DNA from: the human T2T-CHM13v2.0 reference genome, Homo sapiens
NCBI RefSeq assembly: GCF_009914755.1
Contig: NC_060935.1
Reading direction: 5' to 3' (one strand)
Length of the DNA stretch: 64,000 nucleotides
Shown: positions 52,761-64,000 of the stretch, piece after piece
How the letters are laid out: the number at the start of each line of letters is the position of its first letter
Numbering within the stretch: the first letter of the stretch is position 1
The notes under the pieces: model-generated
What the model was told of the DNA's origin: nothing
The model's input: only the letters and a program-made list of their open reading frames with translations
Databases searched by the model: none
Translations under genes and position numbers: made by a program

Positions 52761-55700
52761 TCTGAAACCCTCTTTTTCTAGAATCTGCAAGTGGACATTT
52801 GGAGGGCTTTGAGGCCTGTGGTGGAAAAGGAAATTCTTCACATAAAAACTTTATGGAAGCATTCTCAGAAACTTCTTTGTGATGATTGCATTCGACTCAC
52901 AGAGTTGAACATTCCTATAGATAGAGCAGGTTGTAAACAATCTTTTTGTAGAGTCTGCGATTGGAGATTTGGACTGCTTTGAGGCCTACTGTAGTAAAGG
53001 AAATTACTTCATCTAAAAACCAAACGGAAGCATTCACAGACAATTCTTAGTGATCATTGGATTGAACTAACAGAGCTGAACATTCCTTTAGATGGAGCAG
53101 TTTCCAAACCCACTTTCTGTAGAATCTGCAAGTGGATATTTGGACTTCTCTGAGGATTTCGTTGGAAACGGGATAAACTTCCCAGAACTACACGGAAGCA
53201 TTGTGAGAAACTTCTTTGTGATGTTTGCATTCAACTCACAGAGTTGAACCTTGTTTTCATAATTCAGCTTTCAAACACTCTTTTTGTAGAATCTGCAAGT
53301 GGATATTTGGACCACTTTGTGGCCTTCCTTCGAAACGGGTATATCTTCACATCAAACCTAGACAGAAGCATTCTCAGAATGTTTCCTGTGATGACTGCAT
53401 TCAACTCACAGAGGTGAACAATCCTGTTGATGGAGCACTTTGGAAACTCTCTTTCTTTGGATTCTGCAAGTTGATATGTGGACCTCTGTGAAGATTTCGT
53501 TGGAAACGGGTTCATCTTCACAGAAAAACTAAACAGAAGCATTCTCAAAAACTACTTTGTGATGTTTGTGTTCCACTTCAAGAATTGAACTTTCCTCTTG
53601 AGAGAGCAGCTCTGAAACCCTCTTTTTCTAGAATCTGCAAGTGGACATTTGGAGGGCTTTGAGGCCTGTGGTGGAAAAGGAAAATCTTCACATAAAAACT
53701 AGATGGAAGCATTCTCAGAAACTACTTTGTGATGATTGCATTCGACTCACAGAGTTGAACATTCCTATAGATAGAGCAGGTTGTAAACAATCTTTTTGTA
53801 GAATCTGCGATTGGAGATTCGGACTGCTTTGAGGCCTACTGTAGTAAAGGAAATAACTTCATCTAAAAACCAAACGGAAGCATTCACAGACAATTCTTAG
53901 TGATCATTGCATTGAACTAACAGAGCTGAACATTCCTTTAGATGGCGCAGTTTCCAAACACACTTTCTGTAGAATCTGCAAGTGGATATTTGGACCTCTC
54001 TGAGGATTTCGTTGGAAACGGGATAAACTTCCCAGAACTACACGGAAGCATTGTGAGAAACTTCTTTGTGATGTTTGCATTCAACTCACAGAGTTGAACC
54101 TTGCTTTCATAGTTCAGCTTTCAAACACTCTTTTTGTAGAATCTGCAAGTGGATATTTGGACCACTTTGTGGCCTTCCTTCGAAACGGGTATATCTTCAC
54201 ATCAAACCTAGACAGAAGCATTCTCAGAATGTTTCCTGTGATGACTGCATTCAACTCACAGAGGTGAACAATCCTGCTGATGGAGCAGTTTTGAAACTCT
54301 CTTTCTTTGGATTCTGCATGTGGATATGTGGACCTCTGTGAAGATTTCGTTGGAAACGGGTTCATCTTCACAGAAAAACTAAACAGGAGCATTCTCAGAA
54401 ACTGCTTTGTGATGTTTGTGTTCCACTTCAAGAATTGAACTTTCCTCTTGACAGAGCAGCTCTGAAACCCTCTTTTTCTAGAATCTGCAAGTGGACATTT
54501 GGAGGGCTTTGAGGCCTGTGGTGGAAAAGGAAAATCTTCACATAAAAACTAGATGGAAGCATTCTCAGAAACTACTTTGTGATGATTGCATTCGACTCAC
54601 AGAGTTGAACATTCCTATAGATAGAGCAGGTTGTAAACAATCTTTTTGTAGAATCTGCGATTGGAGATTTGGACTGCTTTGAGGCCTACTGTAGTAAAGG
54701 AAATAACTTCATCTAAAAACCAAACGGAAGCATTTACAGACAATTCTTAGTGATCATTGGATTGAACTAACAGAGCTGAACATTCCTTTAGATGGAGCAG
54801 TTTCCAAACCCACTTTCTGTAGAATCTGCAAGTGGATATTTGGACTTCTCTGAGGATTTCGTTGGAAACGGGATAAACTTCCCAGAACTACAGGGAAGCA
54901 TTGTGAGAAACTTCTTTGTGATGTTTGCATTCAACTCACAGAGTTGAACCTTGCTTTCATAGTTCAGCTTTCAAACACTCTTTTTGTAGAATCTGCAAGT
55001 GGATATTTGGACCACTTTGTGGCCTTCCTTCGAAACGGGTATATCTTCACATCAAACCTAGACAGAAGCATTCTCAGAATGTTTCCTGTGATGACTGCAT
55101 TCAACTCACAGAGGTGAACAATCCTGTTGATGGAGCAGTTTTGAAACTCTCTTTCTTTGGATTCTGCAAGTTGATATGTGGACCTCTGTGAAGATTTCGT
55201 TGGAAACGGGTTCATCTTCACAGAAAAACTAAACAGAAGCATTCTCAGAAACTACTTTGTGATGTTTGTGTTCCACTTCAAGAATTGAACTTTCCTCTTG
55301 ACAGAGCAGCTCTGAAACCCTCTTTTTCTAGAATCTGCAAGTGGACATTTGGAGGGCTTTGAGGCCTGTGGTGGAAAAGGAAAATCTTCACATAAAAACT
55401 AGATGGAAGCATTCTCAGAAACTACTTTGTGATGATTGCATTCGTCTCACAGAGTTGAACATTCCTATAGATAGAGCAGGTTGTAAACAATCTTTTTGTA
55501 GAATCTGCGATTGGAGATTTGGACTGCTTGGAGGCCTACTCTAGTAAAGTAAATAACTTCATCTAAAAACCAAACGGAAGCATTCACAGACAATTCTTAG
55601 TGATCATTGCATTGAACTAACAGAGCTGAACATTCCTTTAGATGGCGCAGTTTCCAAACACACTTTCTGTAGAATCTGCAAGTGGATATTTTGACCTCTC

Positions 55701-57040
55701 TGAGGATTTCGTTGGAAACGGGATAAACTTCCCAGAACTACACGGAAGCATTCTGAGAAACTTCTTTGTGATGTTTGCATTCAACTCACAGAGTTGAACC
55801 TTGCTTTCATAGTTCAGCTTTCAAACACTCTTTTTGTAGAATCTGCAAGTGGATATTTTGACCACTTTGTGGCCTTCCTTCGAAACGGGTATATCTTCAC
55901 ATCAAGCCTAGACAGAAGCATTCTCAGAATGTTCCCTGTGATGACTGCATTCAACTCACAGAGGTGAACAATCCTGCTGATGGAGCAGTTTTGAAACTCT
56001 CTTTCTTTGGATTCTGCAAGTGGATATGTGGACCTCTGTGAAGATTTCGTTGGAAACGGGTTCATCTTCACAGAAAAACTAAACAGAAGCATTCTCAGAA
56101 ACTGCTTTGTGATGTTTGTGTTCCACTTCAGGAATTGAACTTTCCTCTTGACAGAGCAGCTCTGAAACCCTCTTATTCTAGAATCTGCAAGTGGACATTT
56201 GGAGGGCTTTGAGGCCTGTGGTGGAAAAGGAAAATCTTCACATAAAAACTAGATGGAAGCATTCTCAGAAACTACTTTGTGATGATTGCATTCGACTCAC
56301 AGAGTTGAACATTCCTATAGATAGAGCAGGTTGTAAACAATCTTTTTGTAGAAAATGCGATTGGAGATTTGGACTGCTTTGAGGCCTACTGTAGTAAAGG
56401 AAATAACTTCATCTAAAAACCAAACGGAAGCATTCACAGACAATTCTTAGTGATCATTGGATTGAACTAACAGAGCTGAACATTCCTTTAGATGGAGCAG
56501 TTTCCAAACCCACTTTCTGTAGAATCTGCAAGTGGATATTTGGACTTCTCTGAGGATTTCGTTGGAAACGGGATAAACTTCCCAGAACTACACGGAAGCA
56601 TTGTGAGAAACTTCTTTGTGATGTTTGCATTCAACTCACAGAGTTGAACCTTGCTTTCATAGTTCAGCTTTCAAACACTCTTTTTGTAGAATCTGCAAGT
56701 GGATATTTGGACCACTTTGTGGCCTTCCTTCGAAACGGGTATATCTTCACATCAAACCTAGACAGAAGCATTCTCAGAATGTTTCCTGTGATGACTGCAT
56801 TCAACTCACAGAGGTGAACAATCCTGCTGATGGAGCAGTTTTGAAACTCTCTTTCTTTGGATTCTACAAGTGGATATGTGGACCTCTGTGAAGATTTCGT
56901 TGGAAACGGGTTCATCTTCACAGAAAAACTAAACAGAAGCATTCTCAGAAACTGCTTTGTGATGTTTGTGTTCCACTTCAGGAATTGAACTTTCCTCTTG
57001 ACAGAGCAGCTCTGAAACCCTCTTATTCTAGAATCTGCAA

Positions 57041-60000
57041 GTGGACATTTGGAGGGCTTTGAGGCCTGTGGTGGAAAAGGAAAATCTTCACATAAAAACT
57101 AGATGGAAGCATTCTCAGAAACTACTTTGTGATGATGGCTTTCGACTCACAGAGTTGAACATTCCTATAGATAGAGCAGGTTGTAAACAATCTTTTTGTA
57201 GAATCTGCGATTGGAGATTTGGACTGCTTTGAGGCCTACTGTAGTAAAGGAAATAACTTCATCTAAAAACCAAACGGAAGCATTCACAGACAATACTTAG
57301 TGATCATTGGATTGAACTAACAGAGCTGAACATTCCTTTAGATGGAGCAGTTTCCAAACACACTTTCTGTAGAATCTGCAAGTGGATATTTGGACTTCTC
57401 TGAGGATTTCGTTGGAAACGGGATAAAATTCCCAGAACTACACGGAAGCATTCTGAGAAACTTCTTTGTCATGTTTGCATTCAACTCACAGAGTTGAACC
57501 TTGCTTTCATAGTTCAGCTTTCAAACACTCTTTTTGTACAATCTGCAAGTGGATATTTGGACCACTTTGTGGCCTTCCTTCGAAAAGGGTATATCTTCAT
57601 ATCAAACCTAGACAGAAGCATTCTCAGAATGTTTCCTGTGATGACTGCATTCAACTCACAGAGGTGAACAATCCTGCTGATGGAGCAGTTTTGAAACTCT
57701 CTTTCTTTGGATTCTGCAAGTGGATATGTGGACCTCTGTGAAGATTTCGTTGGAAACGGGTTCATCTTCACAGAAAAACTAAACAGGAGCATTCTCAGAA
57801 AGTGCTTTGTGATGTTTGTGTTCCACTTCAGGAATTGAACTTTCCTCTTGACAGAGCAGCTCTGAAACCCTCTTTTTCTAGAATCTGCAAGTGGACATTT
57901 GGAGGGCTTTGAGGCCTGTGGTGGAAAAGGAAAATCTTCACATAAAAACTAGATGGAAGCATTCTCAGAAACTACTTTGTGATGATTGCATTCGACTCAC
58001 AGAGTTGAACATTCCTATAGATAGAGCAGGTTGTAAACAATCTTTTTGTAGAATCTGCGATTGGAGATTTGGACTGCTTTGAGGCCTACTGTAGTAGAGG
58101 AAATAACTTCATCTAAAAACCAAACGGAAGCATTCACAGACAATTCTTAGTGATCATTGCATTGAACTAACAGAGCTGAACATTCCTTTAGATGGAGCAG
58201 TTTCCAAACACACTTTCTGTAGAATCTGCAAGTGGATATTTGGACTTCTCTGAGGATTTCGTTGGAAACGGGATAAACTTCCCAGAACTACACGGAAGCA
58301 TTCTGAGAAACTTCTTTGTGATGTTTGCATTCAACTCACAGAGTTGAACCTTGCTTTCATAGTTCAGCTTTCAAACACTCTTTTTGTAGAATCTGCAAGT
58401 GGATATTTGGACCACTTTGTGGCCTTCCTTCGAAACGGGTATATCTTCCCATCAAACCTAGACAGAAGCATTCTCAGAATGTTTCCTGTGATGACTGCAT
58501 TCAACTCTCAGAGGTGAACAATCCTGCTGATGGAGCACTTTTGAAACTCTCTTTCTTTGGATTCTGCAAGTTGATATGTGGACCTCTGTGAAGATTTCGT
58601 TGGAAACGGGTTCATCTTCACAGAAAAACTAAACAGAAGCATTCTCAGAAACTGCTTTGTGATGTTTGTGTTCCACTTCAAGAATTGAACTTTCCTCTTG
58701 ACAGAGCAGCTCTGAAACCCTCTTTTTCTAGAATCTGCAAGTGGACATTTGGAGGGCTTTGAGGCCTGTGGTGGAAAAGGAAAATCTTCATATAAAAACT
58801 AGATGGAAGCATTCTCAGAAACTACTTTGTGATGATTGCATTCGACTCACAGAGTTGAACATTCCTATAGATAGAGCAGGTTGTAAACAATCTTTTTGTA
58901 GAATCTGCGATTGGAGATTTGGACTGCTTTGAGGCCTACTGTAGTAAAGGATGTAACTTCATCTAAAAACCAAACGGAAGCATTCACAGACAATTCTTAG
59001 TGATCATTGCATTGAACTAACAGAGCTGAACATTCCTTTAGATGGAGCTGTTTCCAAACCCACTTTCTGTAGAATCTGCAAGTGGATATTTGGACTTCTC
59101 TGAGGATTTCGTTGGAAAGGGGATAAACTTCCCAGAACTACAGGGAAGCATTGTGAGAAACTTCTTTGTGATGTTTGCATTCAACTCACAGAGTTGAACC
59201 TTGCTTTCATAGTTCAGCTTTCAAACATTCTTTTTGTAGAATCTGCAAGTGGATATTTGGACCACTTTGTGGCCTTCCTTCGAAACGGTTATATCTTCAC
59301 ATCAAACCTAGACAGAAGCATTCTCAGAATGGTTCCTGTGATGACTGCATTCAACTCACAGAGGTGAACAATCCTGCTGATGGAGCAATTTTGAAACTCT
59401 CTTTCTTTGGATTCTGCAAGTGGATATGTGGACCTCTGTGAAGATTTCGTTGGAAACGGGTTCATCTTCACAGAAAAACTAAACAGGAGCATTCTCAGAA
59501 ACTGCTTTGTGATGTTTGTGTTCCACTTCAAGAATTGAACTTTCCTCTTGACAGAGCAGCTCTGAAACCCTCTTTTTCTAGAATCTGCAAGTGGACATTT
59601 GGAGGGCTTTCAGGCCTGTGGTGGAAAAGGAAAATCTTCACATAACAACTTTATGGAAGCATTCTCAGAAACTTCTTTGTGATGATTGCATTCGACTCAC
59701 AGAGTTGAACATTCCTATAGATAGAGCAGGTTGTAAACAATCTTTTTGTAGAATCTGCGATTGGAGATTTGGACTGCTTTGAGGCCTACTGTAGTAAAGG
59801 AAATTACTTCATCTAAAAACCAAACGGAAGCATTCACAGACAATACTTAGTGATCATTCGATTGAACTAACAGAGCTGAACATTCCTTTAGATGGAGCAG
59901 TTTCCAAACCCACTTTCTGTAGAATCTGCAAGTGGATATTTGGACTTCTCTGAGGATTTCGTTGGAAACGGGATAAACTTCCCAGAACTACACGGAAGCA

Positions 60001-63000
60001 TTGTGAGAAACTTCTTTGTGATGTTTGCATTCAACTCACAGAGTTGAACCTTGCTTTCATAGTTCAGCTTTCAAACACTCTTTTTGTAGAATCTGCAAGT
60101 GGATATTTGGACCACTTTGTGGCCTTCCTTCGAAACGGGTATATCTTCACATCAAACCTAGACAGAAGCATTCTCAGAATGTTTCCTGTGATGACTGCAT
60201 TCAACTCACAGAGGTGAACAATCCTGCTGATGGAGCAGTTTTGAAACTCTCTTTCTTTGGATTCTGCAAGTGGATATGTGGACCTCTGTGAAGATTTCGT
60301 TGGAAATGGGTTCATCTTCACAGAAAAACTAAACAGGAGCATTCTCAGAAACTGCTTTGTGATGTTTGTGTTCCACTTCAAGAATTGAACTTTCCTCTTG
60401 ACAGAGCAGCTCTGAAACCCTCTTTTTCTAGAATCTGCAAGTGGACATTTGGAGGGCTTTGAGGCCTGTGGTGGAAAAGGAAAATCTTCACATAAAAACT
60501 AGATGGAAGCATTCTCAGAAACTACTTTGTGATGATTGCATTCGACTCACAGAGTTGAACATTCCTATAGATAGAGCAGGTTGTAAACAAACTTTTTGTA
60601 GAATCTGCGATTGGAGATTTGGACTGCTTTGAGGCCTACTGTAGTAAAGGAAATAACTTCATCTAAAAACCAAACGGAAGCATTCACAGACAATTCTTAG
60701 TGATCATTGCATTGAACTAACAGAGCTGAACATTCCTTTAGATGGCGCAGTTTCCAAACACACTTTCTGTAGAATCTGCAAGTGGATATTTGGACCTCTC
60801 TGAGGATTTCGTTGGAAACGGGATAAACTTCCCAGAACTACACGGAAGCATGCTGAGAATCTTCTTTGTGATGTTTGCATTCAACTCACAGAGTTGAACC
60901 TTGCTTTCATAGTTCAGCTTTCAAACACTCTTTTTGTAGAATCTGCAAGTGGATATTTGGACCACTTTGTGGCCTTCCTTCGAAACGGGTATATCTTCAC
61001 ATCAAACCTAGACAGAAGCATTCTCAGAATGTTTCCTGTGATGACTGCATTCAACTCACAGAGGTGAACAATCCTGCTGATGGAGCAATTTTGAAACTCT
61101 CTTTCTTTGGATTCTGCAAGTGGATATGTGGACCTCTGTGAAGATTTCGTTGGAAACGGGTTCATCTTCACAGAAAAACTAAACAGAAGCATTCTCAGAA
61201 ACTGCTTTGTGATGTTTGTGTTCCACTTCAGGAATTGAACTTTCCTCTTGACAGAGCAGCTCTGAAACCCTCTTATTCTAGAATCTGCAAGTGGACATTT
61301 GGAGGGTTTTGAGGCCTGTGGTGGAAAAGGAAAATCTTCACATAAAAACTAGATGGAAGCATTCTCAGAAACTACTTTGTGATGATTGCATTCGACTCAC
61401 AGAGTTGAACATTCCTATAGATAGAGCAGGTTGTAAACAATCTTTTTGTAGAATCTGCGATTGGAGATTTGGACTGCTTTGAGGCCTACTGTAGTAAAGG
61501 AAATAACTTCATCTAAAAACCAAACGGAAGCATTCACAGACAATTCTTAATGATCATTGCATTGAACTAACAGAGCTGAACATTCCTTTAGATGGAGCAG
61601 TTTCCAAACACACTTTCTGTAGAACCTGCAAGTGGATATTTGGACCTCTCTGAGGATTTCGTTGGAAACGGGATAAACTTCCCAGAGCTACACGGAAGCA
61701 TTGTGAGAAACTTCTTTGTGATGTTTGCATTCAACTCACAGAGTTGAACCTTGCTTTCATAGTTCAGCTTTCAAACCCTCTTTTTGTAGAATCTGCAAGT
61801 GGATATTTGGGCCACTTTGTGGCCTTCCTTTGAAACGGGTATATCTTCACATCAAACCTAGACAGAAGCATTCTCAGAATGTTTCCTGTGAAGACTGCAT
61901 TCAACTCACAGAGATGAACAATCCTGTTGATGGAGCACTTTGGAAACTCTCTTTCTTGGGATTCTGCAAGGTGATATGTGGACCTCTGTGAAGATTTCGT
62001 TGGAAACGGGTTCATCTTCACAGAAAAACTAAACAGAAGCATTCTCAAAAACTACTTTGTGATGTTTGTGTTCCACTTCAAGAATTGAACTTTCCTCTTG
62101 ACAGAGCAGCTCTGAAACCCTCTTTTTCTAGAATCTGCAAGTGGACATTTGGAGGGCTTTGAGGCCTGTGGTGGAAAAGGAAAATCTTCACATAAAAACT
62201 AGATGGAAGCATTCTCAGAAACTACTTTGTGATGATTGCATTCGACTCACAGAGTTGAACATTCCTATAGATAGAGCAGGTTGTAAACAATCTTTTTCTA
62301 GAATCTGCGATTGGAGATTTGGACTGCTTTGAGGCCTACTGTAGTAAAGGAAATAACTTCATCTAAAAACCAAACGGAAGCATTCACAGACAATTCTTAG
62401 TGATCATTGGATTGAACTAACACAGCTGAACATTCCTTTAGATGGAGCAGTTTCCAAACACACTTTCTGTAGAATCTGCAAGTGGATATTTGGACCACTC
62501 TGAGGATTTCGTTGGAAACGGGATAAACTTCCCAGAACTACACGGAAGCATTCTGAGAAACTTCTTTGTGATGTTTGCATTCAACTCACAGAGTTGAACC
62601 TTGCTTTCATAGTTCAGCTTTCAAACACTCTTTTTGTAGAATCTGCAAGTGGATATTTGGACCACTTTGTGGCCTTCCTTCGAAACGGGTATATCTTCAC
62701 ATCAAACCTAGACAGAAGCATTCTCAGAATGTTTCCTGTGATGACTGCATTCAACTCACAGAGGTGAACAATCCTGCTGATGGAGCAGTTTTGAAACTCT
62801 CTTTCTTTGGATTCTGCAAGTGGATATGTGGACCTCTGTGAAGATTTCGTTGGAAACGGGTTCATCTTCACAGAAAAACTAAACAGAAGCATTCTCAGAA
62901 ACTGCTTTGTGATGTTTGTGTTCCACTTCAGGAATTGAACTTTCCTCTTGACAGAGCAGCTCTGAAACCCTCTTATTCTAGAATCTGCAAGTGGACATTT

Positions 63001-63840
63001 GGAGGGCTTTGAGGCCTGTGGTGGAAAAGGAAAATCTTCACATAAAAACTAGATGGAAGCATTCTCAGAAACTACTTTGTGATGATGGCTTTCGACTCAC
63101 AGAGTTGAACATTCCTATAGATAGAGCAGGTTGTAAACAATCTTTTTGTAGAATCTGCGATTGGAGATTTGGACTGCTTTGAGGCCTACTGTAGTAAAGG
63201 AAATAACTTCATCTAAAAACCAAACGGAAGCATTCACAGACAATACTTAGTGATCATTGGATTGAGCTAACAGAGCTGAACATTCCTTTAGATGGAGCAG
63301 TTTCCAAACACACTTTCTGTAGAATCTGCAAGTGGATATTTGGACTTCTCTGAGGATTTCGTTGGAAACGGGATAAAATTCCCAGAACTACACGGAAGCA
63401 TTCTGAGAAACTTCTTTGTAATGTTTGCATTCAACTCACAGAGTTGAACCTTGCTTTCATAGTTCAGCTTTCAAACACTCTTTTTGTACAATCTGCAAGT
63501 GGATATTTGGACCACTTTGTGGCCTTCCTTCGAAACGGGTATATCTTCATATCAAACCTAGACAGAAGCATTCTCAGAATGTTTCCTGTGATGACTGCAT
63601 TCAACTCACAGAGGTGAACAATCCTGCTGATGGAGCAGTTTTGAAACTCTCTTTCTTTGGATTCTGCAAGTGGATATGTGGACCTCTGTGAAGATTTCGT
63701 TGGAAACGGGTTCATCTTCACAGAAAAACTAAACAGGAGCATTCTCAGAAAGTGCTTTGTGATGTTTGTGTTCCACTTCAGGAATTGAACTTTCCTCTTG
63801 ACAGAGCAGCTCTGAAACCCTCTTTTTCTAGAATCTGCAA
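57041..63840 (+). repeat. Pair of closely related units U68 (57041-57890) and U75 (62991-63840), offset 5950 bp
   Basis: Shared rare variants: GATGGCTTTCG, CAATACTT, ATAAAATTCCC, TGTACAATC, CTTCATATC, AAAGTGCTT. Confidence 0.85.
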
Positions 63841-64000
63841 GTGGACATTTGGAGGGCTTTGAGGCCTGTGGTGGAAAAGGAAAATCTTCACATAAAAACT
63901 AGATGGAAGCATTCTCAGAAACTACTTTGTGATGATTGCATTCGACTCACAGAGTTGAACATTCCTATAGATAGAGCAGGTTGTAAACAATCTTTTTGTA

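Larger units (their letters stand above)
1..64000 (+). repeat. Centromeric alpha-satellite HOR array, ~75.3 tandem copies of an 850-bp pentamer (SF3 type), most likely human chr11 D11Z1 / S3C11H1L
   Basis: Seen: the landmark recurs every 850 bp (74, 924, 1774 ... 63841). Exceptions are four 849-bp units, two 853-bp units and one 865-bp unit. Alphoid motifs (AAGCATTCTCAGAAAC, TGCATTCAACTCACAGAGTTGAAC, GAATCTGCAAGTGGATATTTGG) recur every ~170 bp in one orientation. Knowledge: D11Z1 is an ~0.85-kb XbaI pentamer of SF3. The alphoid call is near certain; the chr11 assignment is about 0.9. Confidence 0.98.

Noticed and set aside
74-63742. About 220 short ORFs (60-105 aa) in three recurring families (MDIWRAL..., MHSTHRV..., MLLFSF...)
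   Set aside because: They recur only because the DNA repeats. Most use GTG/TTG/CTG starts, overlap on opposite strands, are broken freely by stops and show no recognisable domain. The Cys/His richness reflects TGT/TGC/CAT satellite motifs, not zinc fingers.
1-64000. CRISPR-like array, or a diversity-generating or antigenic-variation cassette system
   Set aside because: There are no unique spacers, cas genes, reverse transcriptase or recombinase. The whole unit repeats, and the variation is explained by satellite duplication and conversion.
1-64000. Transposon insertions (L1, Alu), inversions, or HOR variants with missing monomers
   Set aside because: Landmark spacing stays within 849-865 bp on the same strand throughout, leaving no room for them.
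1-64000. Other SF3 arrays (DXZ1 12-mer, D17Z1 16-mer, chr1 11-mer) or monomeric alpha satellite
   Set aside because: The basic period is five monomers with near-identical adjacent units. The chr11 call still needs confirmation by alignment or HMM classification.
1-64000. Computationally generated centromere model sequence (GRCh38-type)
   Set aside because: Rare variants stay linked across 8-10 kb duplicated blocks, which a short-memory generated model would be unlikely to produce. This is an inference.

Overview
The whole 64 kb window is one uninterrupted, head-to-tail primate (almost certainly human) centromeric alpha-satellite array. It holds about 75.3 copies of an 850-bp five-monomer higher-order repeat (HOR) with box order A-A-B-B*-B, typical of suprachromosomal family 3 (W1-W5). 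With one XbaI site per unit, the best match is D11Z1 (S3C11H1L, chromosome 11); this rests on recognition, not a database search. I find no genes, RNA genes, transposons, inversions or CRISPR arrays, and the listed ORFs are repeat artefacts. I found no new protein-coding system. The interesting signal is in the variant pattern, all read by eye: (i) a unique +15 bp scar at ~52.74 kb made of a 12-bp fold-back plus a 17-bp direct copy, resembling polymerase-theta templated end joining; (ii) a hidden 12-13-unit (~10-11 kb) super-period; (iii) nested duplications at offsets of 0.85, 2.55, 5.95, 10.2 and 32.3 kb; (iv) lineages of inactivated CENP-B boxes. Unit numbers (U1 = 74, U2 = 924 ... U76 = 63841) refer to the recurring GTGGACATTTGG landmark.
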